DNA from: Promethearchaeota archaeon
Lineage (GTDB): Archaea > Asgardarchaeota > Lokiarchaeia > Sigyniarchaeales > SOKP01
Direction: 5' to 3'
Assembly (NCBI GenBank): GCA_016839555.1
Contig: JAEOUA010000006.1
Location: forward strand, 187,982-251,981
Length of the DNA: 64,000 nucleotides
Of the stretch, positions 1-10,365 are shown one piece after another (within the stretch, counting starts at the first letter, position 1; every line of letters begins with the position of its first letter). Both the position numbers and the translations under genes were made by a program. Below the pieces are notes generated by a model. That model had not been told where the DNA came from. It ran no database searches and worked only from the letters and a program-made list of their open reading frames with translations.

Positions 1-168
1 CATAACGGGAATTTCAAATAAAATACCCTGGAAAGAGAATGAACAAATTAAATTCACAAATCTGAGTTTAAAAAATTCCTTAATTGTTGCAATAAATACA
101 ATTAATTATTTTTATTAAAAATTCATTATAAAATAAGAAGGTGAATAAAAATTTCAAATGAAATTGAA

Positions 169-1503
169 GTGAATCTAACAAAATTCACATTTCTTAAACC
201 TTATATAGACAAATGTTTAAACTATTTAAAAGATAATTGGAGGAAAAATGGTGATTGGGGTTGTCCTGGAGATAATCCAGATTCTGAGAGTAATACTTGG
301 AGTACAGCAAGTATTCTCTATTTATTTTTAACCATGGAAACGGTTGGAAAGGAATTTGCTACAAATGCAATAAAATGGCTTTTAAATTGTCAAAATGATA
401 ACGGTAGTTTTCCAGTTCTTAAGAAAAATAAAAATAAAGATAAAGAATTCATAATACCCTCTTCATTTGCTATGTTAACATATTATGTATATCTAAGAAA
501 AAATCCCAATGATGAATTAAATAAAGAAATCGAGTCAGGTTTTAATAAAGTTCTTAATTATATTCTTGATAACAAAGAAGTAATTAAAACAGAATTGGGT
601 TATGAAATGTATTCATGGCGTTTTCAAAATATAGAAAAAAAAAGCGGTACTATTGAGACTGCTATTGTTTTAATGCATCTTCATAAAATTTTGGATTATG
701 AATTTAAAGAGGAAAAGAAAAAAGAAATTATAAAAGTTATAGAAGGGGGAATAAATTGGTTTTTAAATGCATTTAACTCTAAATGGGGTAGAGATCCTAA
801 TGATAATAAAAGAAAAGAGTGTCCAACGGCGTATGTGCTTATGGTTTTAAATGAATGTAATATAAATTCAAATGAAATTAGTGAGGCAATAAATTTCCTT
901 AAAAGTAGACAAAAGAATGATGGTTCTTGGGGCCCATATTTTGAATATAAGAAGCAGACAGGAATGGGATTAGGAACTGAAGTAGTAGCATTTTATTTTT
1001 CTACTCCTATTATAATTAAAGCATTATTTTCTAATGATAAGAAAAAATTAGATAACACAAAAATTAAATCTATTGTTTGGTTAATAGAAAACATGAAAAA
1101 AGGGTATGTTACTCATGATGTAAATCCAGAGATTTTAATATGGACAACTAGAGATTCCATTTTTTCTGCAAGAGTAGTCCAAAGAATTTCAAATATTTCA
1201 TGGTTAAATAAAATAGCAGATAATTATTCTAATTTAGAATATAACAATAAAGAATTAAAAGAAGAAAATGAAAGATATAAAAAGAGGATGATTAATCTTG
1301 TAAATGAAGGAATCAAGAATAAATATAATCCCCTAATAAATTCCATAATTTTTATCACAACAGTAATGGGATTATTAATAATAACTTTTATAGTTCTAGT
1401 ATTTCATGAAATGTTTCCAGCTCAATCAATTCCTTTGTGTTATACAATAGGTATAGCGATAATCTCAATAATTAATAAAATATTATGGGATAAAAAAATA
1501 TAA
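169..1503 (+). CDS. Repeat protein resembling prenyltransferase/terpene-cyclase alpha-alpha toroid (QW-like) repeats, with C-terminal transmembrane anchor
   Basis: Repeated motifs of the form GDWGCPG...NTWSTA, QNDNGSF and NDGSWG are typical of prenyltransferase/squalene-cyclase beta-subunit repeats. A hydrophobic C-terminus (IIFITTVMGLLIITFIVLVF) suggests a membrane anchor. Shine-Dalgarno-like aaggtg lies upstream. Confidence 0.45.
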   Translation: MNLTKFTFLKPYIDKCLNYLKDNWRKNGDWGCPGDNPDSESNTWSTASILYLFLTMETVGKEFATNAIKWLLNCQNDNGSFPVLKKNKNKDKEFIIPSSFAMLTYYVYLRKNPNDELNKEIESGFNKVLNYILDNKEVIKTELGYEMYSWRFQNIEKKSGTIETAIVLMHLHKILDYEFKEEKKKEIIKVIEGGINWFLNAFNSKWGRDPNDNKRKECPTAYVLMVLNECNINSNEISEAINFLKSRQKNDGSWGPYFEYKKQTGMGLGTEVVAFYFSTPIIIKALFSNDKKKLDNTKIKSIVWLIENMKKGYVTHDVNPEILIWTTRDSIFSARVVQRISNISWLNKIADNYSNLEYNNKELKEENERYKKRMINLVNEGIKNKYNPLINSIIFITTVMGLLIITFIVLVFHEMFPAQSIPLCYTIGIAIISIINKILWDKKI

Positions 1504-1841
1504 TAGAATTAAATAAAAAATACTATTTTACATTAGATTTAGAAAGTTGGATAAATATATATCATTTTAATAACTACCGATAAATTTAGATCTAAATTAT
1601 CTTCATAGTCTTTTTAATCTTTCTTTTTTAATAAAAAATCTATTTCTAAAAAGGTTAAAACCATTTATTGTGAAAGGGAGTGAAATAAGAACAAAAAAGA
1701 TATAAAATTTTAGATTATAGTTTAGCGAGCCAATCTTTCAAATTTATAAAAAAAAAGTTATTTTATTTAAGATTCATTAATTTTGAAATGAACTAGGTGA
1801 CTTAAAAATACAATCAGAAAATGTATTTTGCTATTAATTCA

Positions 1842-3356
1842 TTATGGAATAGGATTCTCAGCCTCAGGGAGTAAAATGATGAAATTACATCCTTTTGTAT
1901 GATCTCCCTTTACCCTGTCTTCCAACCATATTTTACCTTTAAAGAGATCAATAATTCTTTTCACGAGTGACAGCCCTAAGCCCATTCCGTCAAGACTTCT
2001 CTTAAAGGAAAAGTCTCCCTGAAATAAGGTTTCTTTTCTGCTATCCTCAATACCTATCCCGTTATCTATGAATTCCATTTTTATGTAGTGTGTATTTTTT
2101 ATGTGTTCTCGAGTAATCTTTATAAGGATCTCTAATGGCATATCTTCATTATGTTTAATTGCATTGAATAAGAGGTTCTCAAACACTTCTCCTAAAAGAT
2201 CATTAGCATAGGCATACATATATTCCTTTGTAGATTCAATTTTGATGGATAAGTCTCTGTTTTGATAAAGTTTCTTTACTTGTGCGACTTTTTTTTCTAA
2301 AAGAGGGTTAATTTCAAATTTTTCAGTTATTATTTCTTTATCCTCGAGTTTCGAAAATTTTATTACATTTGAGATCAGTTTTGAACCATTTATAACTTGA
2401 TTTTCAATTATTTGGAGAGATTCCTTGAGTTCCTTAAGTTTATCTGGGGAATTAATAAATCTCTGGCAACTATTAACTCCAATTAAAATGACTTGCAGTA
2501 TATTATTAATATCGTGGGCAATTAAATCCATAAGAAAATCAGCTCGATTGTAGGCTTCCTCAAATTTGTTCTTTGATAAGTTGAGTTTTCTAAATAAAAG
2601 CTGGACGGGATTTTTAAGACCAATCTGAATGATTGCTTTATAAAGAAAATAAAATGCAATGATTTTAAAGATATGACCGATTAAATTGGGGAGTTCATAT
2701 GCACTTAAATATAAGGTAAAAGAAAACTCAGATATTATTAAGGCTACGAGAAAGGCATTGATTAAAAAATAAATACTTTTTTTAAACTGTTTTCTGAAAT
2801 TATGGATTAGAAAAATTGAAATTATTATGATTACTATTATAATATATTCGCTAATAATTTTAAATGGGGTTAACCCTGCTCCTTCGATAAAAGTATCGGG
2901 AAAGACACCAAAGAATATCATGCTTATCAAGGCGCTTGTTATTAAAGTATAAATTGCTATTAATATTTTTGGTTTTTGTTTTTTACTGATTGCCCAGATA
3001 CCTCCCAGTATTGAAAATACTTGCAGAAATCTAGCAGCAATCCAAAATTGAGATGCAAGATTAGTATCAGACCCTGCGATAAGGATCATTCCTGGAAAAA
3101 CTAGTGTATGAATAAAATCAATGATCGCTACATATATCGAAGAAATACCCAGCACTAAAAAAAAGGAATTATCAATTTCTTTTCGTGTTGTCCAAGCAAT
3201 CACAAAGATTACGCAAGCTATGATTATAGAATAGAACTCGGCGATTGTATGAAAAAGAAGATAATTATGAAGCCGTGTTAAAATAACTCCCATTAGAATT
3301 AAACTGACAAGAGCAATCTCTAAGAAAGCTTTCTTATAAGTGGCAATTTTTCTCAT
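1842..3356 (-). CDS. Membrane-bound sensor histidine kinase (N-terminal polytopic sensor domain + HisKA + HATPase_c)
   Basis: About 7 hydrophobic helices in the first 250 aa. H-box IAHDINNILQVI, N-box NLLFNAIKHN, G-boxes IDNGIGI and GMGLGLSLVKRIIDLFKGKIWLE. No response regulator gene is adjacent. Confidence 0.8.
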   Translation of the reverse strand: MRKIATYKKAFLEIALVSLILMGVILTRLHNYLLFHTIAEFYSIIIACVIFVIAWTTRKEIDNSFFLVLGISSIYVAIIDFIHTLVFPGMILIAGSDTNLASQFWIAARFLQVFSILGGIWAISKKQKPKILIAIYTLITSALISMIFFGVFPDTFIEGAGLTPFKIISEYIIIVIIIISIFLIHNFRKQFKKSIYFLINAFLVALIISEFSFTLYLSAYELPNLIGHIFKIIAFYFLYKAIIQIGLKNPVQLLFRKLNLSKNKFEEAYNRADFLMDLIAHDINNILQVILIGVNSCQRFINSPDKLKELKESLQIIENQVINGSKLISNVIKFSKLEDKEIITEKFEINPLLEKKVAQVKKLYQNRDLSIKIESTKEYMYAYANDLLGEVFENLLFNAIKHNEDMPLEILIKITREHIKNTHYIKMEFIDNGIGIEDSRKETLFQGDFSFKRSLDGMGLGLSLVKRIIDLFKGKIWLEDRVKGDHTKGCNFIILLPEAENPIP

Positions 3357-3410
3357 TTAAATATTTCTATAAAATGAAAGATAGATTTAATATAGCTCTT
3401 TATTATTAAA

Positions 3411-3543
3411 ATTATTAAAATATTAAAGTATTATCATATGAAAGTATAATTAAACGGTAGAATCAAGGATGGACAAAAAGGACATAAATAAAATCGAAAA
3501 AATAATAAAAGATCGAGAAAGCGGTAATAAATTCTTTATCTAA
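3411..3543 (+). repeat. Dispersed copy of promoter/leader element plus decayed 5' end of an AhpD-like gene (encodes only MDKKDINKIEKIIKDRESGNKFFI*)
   Basis: About 85-95% identical to 14093-14222 (the promoter region and first ~24 codons of the CDS at 14149). It contains the shared motif tattaaagtattatcatatgaaagtataattaaa...ggtagaatcaaggATGgacaaaa. The reading frame ends with TAA at 3541-3543. Confidence 0.7.
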
Positions 3544-3759
3544 ATAAGTTTAAATGTATATAGAGCCTTTTTGCCTGTTTTATATTATCAATTTTTTTCT
3601 AATTTTCATATTTATTAAATTTAACATAAGGAATTTAATTGAGTTTTAACCATATTAAGCAACTTTATATTAAACAAATCTTATGGAGACTAAGAGAAGT
3701 AAAAAGATTTGTTTCACTGTTTATTAATATACTTCACTTGTTAGCAGGGGATACTATAA

Positions 3760-4575
3760 TTATAATAACAGCTCAGCTTTGGATATAGGTTCAGCTTCCT
3801 GCCAATAATATTCAAAAATTGCTTTTGACCACTCCGTAATATTGGTATCATTTTCAGCGAGCAAGCATTCAGAATAATCAATCTTTTTAGAATCAGAGAA
3901 AAACATTAGGACTCTGGATTCTGTGATGAGTAGAACTATTTTGAGATCATTCAATTTACGGATGGTTTCAGGAATTCCTGCTTTACTACTTAATTTCTGA
4001 AAAACCTCTGGTTTTGGACCTTCAATGTAATTTTCCCATTCCTCCGTTTGAACATATTTTTTGATTAACTTATCATGCATTATACTTCGAATAGCAATTT
4101 TCTTATTATTTATTTTTTCTTGGATAACTGGCAGATCAGTATCCAGCGCTTGTTCTGTAACGGACCAAATATATTCTTCGGCATCTCGTATAATTTGAGA
4201 CCATAATTCAATATTCTCCATTGTTTGGGTTTTTATTTTACAATTTTTCAAAATCCCCATATCTAATAAAAGATGTTTTGGAATAGCATTAATTTCATGA
4301 GAATTTATAAAATCTCGAAATCTAATATTTACTTCAAAATAATCTAAAGCCTTATTGATCAAGTATCCAAAATTTGTCCGATAATAAGATTTATCTTGAT
4401 TTTTCCTTATTAATTTATTTTTTAAAAGCCGTTTTACATGTCTGGTAATTTCTGGACCAGGAACTTCCATTTTTTTTTCAAGATCAGAGTGTCTATAAGT
4501 TTGATTGCATGTTTCTCTAAATATATTGTATCTTACTTCATGAGATAACTCAAAAAAAAGGTCATTAATTTTCAT
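3760..4575 (-). CDS. Archaeal-type transcriptional regulator, N-terminal winged HTH (ArsR-like) with DUF1724-like C-terminal domain
   Basis: The N-terminal 70 aa have an ArsR-like HTH pattern (RYNIF...GPEITRHVKRLLKNKLIRK). Overall size and layout match methanogen/archaeal HTH-DUF1724 regulators. Confidence 0.5.
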   Translation of the reverse strand: MKINDLFFELSHEVRYNIFRETCNQTYRHSDLEKKMEVPGPEITRHVKRLLKNKLIRKNQDKSYYRTNFGYLINKALDYFEVNIRFRDFINSHEINAIPKHLLLDMGILKNCKIKTQTMENIELWSQIIRDAEEYIWSVTEQALDTDLPVIQEKINNKKIAIRSIMHDKLIKKYVQTEEWENYIEGPKPEVFQKLSSKAGIPETIRKLNDLKIVLLITESRVLMFFSDSKKIDYSECLLAENDTNITEWSKAIFEYYWQEAEPISKAELLL

Positions 4576-4850
4576 TTTAAATCATTTTGTAATTTTAATT
4601 TGATTCCAAATAACTATTAACCCTTTAAACTATTTTAATCTTTTTTATCTTTTTAAAACAATTCTTGTAATTTATAATATTAACACCTAATCCTGTTTAG
4701 TTTATAACTTTGAGATGATTCGGGTTTTTTTTAATGAATTCAATATTAATTAATTTTTAATGGAGAATTTATAAAAAAAGATCAATAATTATGTTTTTAA
4801 ACGAAACTGAGATGTAAATAAGGAAAAGAGTAAAAGATAAAAAAAAGGTA

Positions 4851-6086
4851 TTAATCTTTAAGGTGAATTTTATTTTGATTAACTTTTTCTAAAAATTCTA
4901 TCAGAATTCTATAACAATCCCAGAGATTTTGAAAATCCAATTTATCGATAGTATCTTCTACTGTATGATAATGTGTTGCAAATCCTTTTTTTGGTGCCCC
5001 TATGATTGAGCAACAAGTAATATTATTTTTAGAATATGCCATGGAATCTGTAAAAGCCGTTAGATTACCTATTGTATGTGAAATGTCTAAATCTGTCGCG
5101 ATTTTAGACAATTCTTCGCCGAGATCTCTAGAAAGATGAACTAATGAGCGTAATTCCATAATATCTATTTTCAAATTAGAATCCTTGCCCCCAACCATAT
5201 CAATATTAACCACAAGGGCATCTTTCAATTCAGTAAAATGTTGTTTAGAAAAGCGTTTACTTCCTCGATCTCCAATTTCCTCACACCCATGTGAAACAAG
5301 CCAAACTTCAGTATTTTCTAATCCTCCTAAGGTGTTTAAGTACTTCGCAATTTCAAAAATAATAGCAGTAGACGTTAAATTGTCATTTGCTCCCATAACT
5401 GGTGTATATGAAACACATTTAATTATGGTATAAATTAGTAAAGGGATTAGGGTCGTCTGAATTATAATTAAACTTAAATCAACGGCGGGGATAAATATGA
5501 ACGGAATTTCAAGTACGTAAAGTATTATTTTCAAGATGTAAATTCCAAGCAAAAGAAAGCTTAATATAACTGGTATTCCCATAATTTTAGTGAAATATTT
5601 TGGCCATCTTTTTAAAATTGGAAATTCCCAATTAGAATCATGATGACCTCCAATTAAAATGGTATGTTTAACTTCTTTTTTTGGTTTGAATTTCCCATAT
5701 ACATTAGTGGATTCTTTTGTTTTAAAAAGAGGATCTATTAATTCAATATTGCGCATTAGATTTGTTTGAATAATTATTACTGAGATCACCATCAATATTA
5801 ATAAAATCAATAGAGCTATGAGATTAGGATAAAAAAAGTAAATCCAATATATGACAGTAGCAAGTATTATATTTATCATGGGAATACGAAATGCCGCTCG
5901 ATAGGAACCTGGATGACAATAAAACTTTTCTATTACTGCATCATCAGTATACTTTTTAAAGGTTTCTAAGATAAATGTGGCGCATTCTGCTTCTTGTGTA
6001 CTACATGGCGCTCTAGGACCAATAGTATCACATACGGTTTGGATTGTTCTCTGCATTGAGTTTTTAATCTCTTCTTTTCCATTCAA
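4851..6086 (-). CDS. M28-family Zn peptidase with transmembrane segments inserted in and before the catalytic domain
   Basis: M28 ligand motifs HHDSNWE, GANDN, SHGCEEIGDRGS, NIDMVGG and HTVEDT are present. Two long hydrophobic blocks (around residues 65-110 and 165-225) interrupt the domain. Confidence 0.6.
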   Translation of the reverse strand: MNGKEEIKNSMQRTIQTVCDTIGPRAPCSTQEAECATFILETFKKYTDDAVIEKFYCHPGSYRAAFRIPMINIILATVIYWIYFFYPNLIALLILLILMVISVIIIQTNLMRNIELIDPLFKTKESTNVYGKFKPKKEVKHTILIGGHHDSNWEFPILKRWPKYFTKIMGIPVILSFLLLGIYILKIILYVLEIPFIFIPAVDLSLIIIQTTLIPLLIYTIIKCVSYTPVMGANDNLTSTAIIFEIAKYLNTLGGLENTEVWLVSHGCEEIGDRGSKRFSKQHFTELKDALVVNIDMVGGKDSNLKIDIMELRSLVHLSRDLGEELSKIATDLDISHTIGNLTAFTDSMAYSKNNITCCSIIGAPKKGFATHYHTVEDTIDKLDFQNLWDCYRILIEFLEKVNQNKIHLKD

Positions 6087-6164
6087 GTATAAAATACCTC
6101 CAGTTTAAATTACTTTAAAAAAGAATAGAACTTAAAAAAAATTAAAAAAATGAAATTTTTAATT

Positions 6165-6602
6165 TTATCCCCAATAACCTAATTCTTTCATTATTTCCAT
6201 CGCAAACTCAAAATAGTCTCCAAAAGCCATGGTATCTTCAGTATTACCCTCTATTTTCATCGATCCCCCCATATATGCTGCTGTCCCATCGACCTCTCCC
6301 ACCATAACTCCTGATAAAGTTTTCCAATCTGATTCCATTGAAAATGTAGCATTTTCATTTTCTCCTTCACCATAATCAAATTTACCATCTCCAAGTGAAA
6401 TCCACCAAGTAAAATCTTTATCATTTAATTTCATTTGCGCTGTAACTCCCTCTAGAAAATTTAATTCTTCAACTAAATCTTCATTTTCTAATGAGACTTG
6501 TTTTATAAGTTCCATTAATTTCAGCATATTTCTTGGTTCCTCAGACATTTTACCACTTTCTTTCATTTCTTTTAATTCTTTCGCTAAATTTTCATCAATC
6601 AT
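6165..6602 (-). CDS. SCP2 (sterol carrier protein-2-like) lipid-binding domain protein
   Basis: 145 aa with an acidic N-terminus and a glycine-rich C-terminal half (GVMVGEVDGTAAYMGGSMKIEGN) typical of the SCP2 fold. Confidence 0.5.
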   Translation of the reverse strand: MIDENLAKELKEMKESGKMSEEPRNMLKLMELIKQVSLENEDLVEELNFLEGVTAQMKLNDKDFTWWISLGDGKFDYGEGENENATFSMESDWKTLSGVMVGEVDGTAAYMGGSMKIEGNTEDTMAFGDYFEFAMEIMKELGYWG

Positions 6603-7184
6603 CTTTTTCTCCTTTTTTTCTGTTTTAATAACTTATTATTTTATTAAATATTTTTTTTCTTATTTATTCTATTTTCCATATTACAATTTTTTTCCTGTGA
6701 AGGAAAAGATTTGCTATTTTAGCTTTATTGTAATAATTGGAACCTAGTAATGAAATGAATTTTCTTTTATTCATGTAAATTCGAATATCTATTATTTAAA
6801 TTGATGAGATTAAAATATAAAAAGATATCGTTAAAAATGGTTTTAATACAGAATTTAAATATATATTTAAAATTTTAAAGATTTCGTGAATAATTTCTAA
6901 GTTGCCCGTTCTTATTAAATTATCAGAATATAGGAGATTTTATTTTATTAAAATTATTTTAAATTATTCAGTTCTATTTTAATTTTTTCTGAAAATCAAA
7001 ATGAAAGGAGAAAAAGCAAAATCTGTTTGTTTATTAGTTTAATTAGTATTTTATGTTTTATTTAAAGATGGTTAAGTGATATATACTTAGTATTGATCTT
7101 AAGAAAACATTTAATAACTCAAGTAATATAATTTTATATATAATCATTTTACGAAATAAATAAAACGGATCAAAGGTTAAATCA

Positions 7185-7964
7185 ATGAAACTTGATGGTA
7201 AGATATTTATAATAACTGGAGCTGCTGAGGGAATAGGGGCTGCTATTTCAAGATTATTATCAGAGAATAATGCTAAATTGGTTTTAGCAGATTTAGAGAA
7301 ACCAGATCTTCAGTTGGATAATTCAATATCAATTCAATATGATCCATTATCATTAAAAGAAGTACAAGCTGTGGTTTTAGAAGCAGTAAATCATTTTGGG
7401 CCTAAAATTGATGGTATCATCAATACCATTAGCACATGTCTCGTACGACCAGTATCAAAATCAGAAGTAAATAATTGGGATTATCAAATGGATTTTAATT
7501 TTAAAAGTGTTTTTTTCTTAAACCAAGCATTAGCTAGACAAATGATTGAAAATGGGAATGGAGGAGTATTTCTAAACTTGGCAACGACCGCAGCCTTATC
7601 GGGAGCTAGTAATATAGCGGCATATTCAGCAAGCCAAGCTGCGATTATGAATCTATCTAACACTATGGCATTAGAATTAAGGGAATATAATATCCGTTCT
7701 AATTGTCTTATTATTCCTTATATAGAAGCCACCGCAATTAAATATGGCGAATTATTTTATGGCAAAGATCCAGAAAGAATACGTCCTATGGCCTATACAT
7801 TTTCGCCGATGATGGAATTAATTGAACCATCTGAAGTTGCAAAGATCGTTCTATTTTTAGTCTCAGAGGATTCACAAGTAATGAATGGGCAGACTATTGG
7901 AATTTTAGATGACGAATTAACAAACATAAGAAATATATTAAACAGAATAAGATTAAAAGGGTGA
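7185..7964 (+). CDS. Short-chain dehydrogenase/reductase (SDR) with degenerate catalytic motif (YSASQ instead of YxxxK)
   Basis: TGAAEGIGAAI Rossmann motif. The Ser-Tyr region reads AAYSASQAA, so the catalytic Lys is replaced by Gln. The stop overlaps the next gene by 4 bp (ATGA). Confidence 0.75.
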   Translation: MKLDGKIFIITGAAEGIGAAISRLLSENNAKLVLADLEKPDLQLDNSISIQYDPLSLKEVQAVVLEAVNHFGPKIDGIINTISTCLVRPVSKSEVNNWDYQMDFNFKSVFFLNQALARQMIENGNGGVFLNLATTAALSGASNIAAYSASQAAIMNLSNTMALELREYNIRSNCLIIPYIEATAIKYGELFYGKDPERIRPMAYTFSPMMELIEPSEVAKIVLFLVSEDSQVMNGQTIGILDDELTNIRNILNRIRLKG

Positions 7965-8746
7965 AATATATGAGATTAGAGGATAAAATTATAATAGTAA
8001 CAGGAGCAGGTTCTGGGATTGGAAAGGGAATAAGCATAAAACTTGCTCAAGAAGGAGCACATATTATTGTTGCTGATATTAATGAAGATGCCGCTAATGA
8101 AACAGCTGAAGAAATAAAAAAAATCGGACGGGAAGCTCTTGTAATTAAAATAGATGTTTCAGATAAAGATAGTGTTAAAACCTTGGTTGATAAAACTATA
8201 GAGAAATTTAATAGAATTGATATAGCTGTTAGTAATGCAGGAGTCTCTAGGATGGCTAAATTTGTAGATATTACGGAAAAAGATTATGATTTCAATTTAG
8301 ATATTAATGCGAAAGGAGGATTTCTTGTTTCCAAATATGTTTCCGAAGTAATGAAAAAACAAGAATCAGGGAAGATTATTTTCACGATTAGCATGGCTGG
8401 AAAATGTGGAAGTCCTTTATATGCCCATTATAATAGTTCCAAAGCAGCTCTTCTTTCTTACATGCAAGCATTGGCAATGGAATTAGCTCCCAATATTACG
8501 GTGAATGGTGTGTGTCCCGGATTAGTTCAGACTTCGATGCAAGAAAGAGAAATAAAATGGAGTGCTGAACTCCAGGGAATAAGTGAGGATTTGGTTAAAT
8601 CTCAATATCTTTCCGGAGTACCTCTTCAAAAGCTTGAGACAGCTAATGATGTTGCTAACTTAGTAACATTTCTAGCTTCAGAAGAAGGAGATTATATAAC
8701 TGGACAAGCTATTAATGTTACCGGTGGAATGATTTTAAGAAGATAA
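7961..8746 (+). CDS. SDR family oxidoreductase (classical, 3-oxoacyl-ACP reductase/sugar dehydrogenase-like)
   Basis: TGAGSGIGKGI, NAG, and the YNSSKAAL YxxxK motif. Translationally coupled to the upstream SDR. Confidence 0.85.
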   Translation: MKYMRLEDKIIIVTGAGSGIGKGISIKLAQEGAHIIVADINEDAANETAEEIKKIGREALVIKIDVSDKDSVKTLVDKTIEKFNRIDIAVSNAGVSRMAKFVDITEKDYDFNLDINAKGGFLVSKYVSEVMKKQESGKIIFTISMAGKCGSPLYAHYNSSKAALLSYMQALAMELAPNITVNGVCPGLVQTSMQEREIKWSAELQGISEDLVKSQYLSGVPLQKLETANDVANLVTFLASEEGDYITGQAINVTGGMILRR

Positions 8747-8784
8747 AATAAATATAAAAATTTAAAAAATAAAGTGAAAAAAAA

Positions 8785-9585
8785 ATGTTTGATATTTCAA
8801 ATAAGAAAATAGTTGATTTATCTCGGATGATGGATCCAACAGATCCTCTCCATGCCAGAGAAACACAATGGAGGAAGCAAAGAGGGAATATCCCTCCAGC
8901 ATATATCCCAGAAGAGGAGATTAAAGTAGAACCCTATATTTTTATGGCTGATAGATGTATGTGTGAATGGTTAACAATGTGGAGTCATGCAGGAACACAT
9001 CTTGAGGTTTCAATTCATTGTTATGTTCATGGAGCAACAGAAATTCCTAACAAAATGATGTATAGTATTGGTGAAGTTCCTTTAGATGATCTCTGTGGTG
9101 AGGGATATGCTGTGGACCTTACATTTGTAGGAGAGGAAAAAAGAGCAACTGATCCGAATGTCATAACGGATCGATTAGAACGACTTAGTGTATGTGGTCC
9201 TCAAGTTCTTCCTGAAGATATTGAAGAATGGGAGGAGAGGAACAATACTCATATTGAAAAAGGTGATATCGTTTTTCTTCATACTCAACTTGAAATTCCT
9301 GATATTCCTATTATTCCTAAAGAAACTTGTAGCTATTTAGTCCGAAGAAGAAAAATAAAAATGATAGGAACAGATGACCACACGATTATTTATGGGGGAT
9401 TAGGGCATATGTTCCTACATGAACGTCGAATGCCAGTCGTTGAGATGTTAACTAATTTAGATAAGATTGGCAATCAAAGAGCTTATTTTGTTGTTTCACC
9501 ATTGCCTATAAAGGGAATTGGAGGCTCTCCCTCTCGAGTATTTGCTTATGTGGACGAAATCATAGAAAAAGAAGAAGCAGAATAA
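8785..9585 (+). CDS. Cyclase-family protein (kynurenine formamidase-like, HxGTHxD motif)
   Basis: WSHAGTHLEVSIHCYVHG fits the HxGTHxDxPxH signature of the putative-cyclase family. Confidence 0.55.
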   Translation: MFDISNKKIVDLSRMMDPTDPLHARETQWRKQRGNIPPAYIPEEEIKVEPYIFMADRCMCEWLTMWSHAGTHLEVSIHCYVHGATEIPNKMMYSIGEVPLDDLCGEGYAVDLTFVGEEKRATDPNVITDRLERLSVCGPQVLPEDIEEWEERNNTHIEKGDIVFLHTQLEIPDIPIIPKETCSYLVRRRKIKMIGTDDHTIIYGGLGHMFLHERRMPVVEMLTNLDKIGNQRAYFVVSPLPIKGIGGSPSRVFAYVDEIIEKEEAE

Positions 9586-9591
9586 AATCTA

Positions 9592-9606
9592 TTTTTTTTT
9601 TTTTTT
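9592..9606 (+). terminator. T15 run immediately downstream of stop codon; archaeal-style oligo-T terminator candidate
   Basis: An uninterrupted run of 15 T begins 7 nt after the TAA at 9583-9585. Confidence 0.35.
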
Positions 9607-9669
9607 AATTTTAATATAAGTTTTACTAAAAATATATATAAGAATAATAATAAAAATATGTGATTTGAA

Positions 9670-10341
9670 ATGACGGAATTCATTTTCATGTTAACATATG
9701 ATGATGTTACCAGAAAAGATGCGATTGAAATTTATGAGGGAATTAGAAATATTGAGGATTTAAAATTCGTTGGCTTCAAGAATATTGGTTTGAAAATGGG
9801 TGAATATGAGAGATTAGTTAATATGATGAAAGAGGATGGAAAAACAATTTTTTTAGAAGTGGTTTCTGATTCTGAAGAAGAATCCATAAAATCTGCCAAA
9901 GTTGGATTGGAATTTGGAGTAGATTGCTTAATAGGTACTATGAAACCCTATATTGATGCCTCTCTTAAATACATTAAAGGAAAACCAATAAAATTTATGC
10001 CTTATATCGGAGATGTGGTGGATCATCCTTGTATCTTAAAAGGAACAATTGAAGAAATGCAAGAGGATGCTAAAGAAGTAGAGGTTAAGGGAGTAGATGG
10101 AATCAATCTTTTAGCTTATCGGCATCAAACGATCGACGTGGAAGAATTAATTAAAAGAGTAATGGATGTAATGAGGACTGAGCTGATTGTCGCAGGAAGT
10201 ATCAAAACTCCCGAACAAATAAAAAAAATGGATGAATTAAATGTCTGGGCCTTCACTATTGGAACGGCAATCTTTGATAAGAAATTCGTTCCCGAAGGAT
10301 CCTATGCGGATAACATCAAAAAAGTATTAAGTTTTATTTAA
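9670..10341 (+). CDS. Hypothetical protein, alternating beta/alpha (TIM-barrel-like) pattern, part of sugar-utilization cluster
   Basis: 223-aa ORF with Shine-Dalgarno-less AT-rich upstream. No confidently recognisable catalytic motif. Its position between the cyclase and the transporter suggests co-function. Confidence 0.35.
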   Translation: MTEFIFMLTYDDVTRKDAIEIYEGIRNIEDLKFVGFKNIGLKMGEYERLVNMMKEDGKTIFLEVVSDSEEESIKSAKVGLEFGVDCLIGTMKPYIDASLKYIKGKPIKFMPYIGDVVDHPCILKGTIEEMQEDAKEVEVKGVDGINLLAYRHQTIDVEELIKRVMDVMRTELIVAGSIKTPEQIKKMDELNVWAFTIGTAIFDKKFVPEGSYADNIKKVLSFI

Positions 10342-10365
10342 TAATTACAAGGAGAAGATTTAAAC

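Noticed and set aside
5185-5433. 82-aa plus-strand ORF inside the M28 peptidase gene
   Set aside because: Fully antisense to a well-supported CDS with strong motifs; low-complexity composition. Likely spurious.
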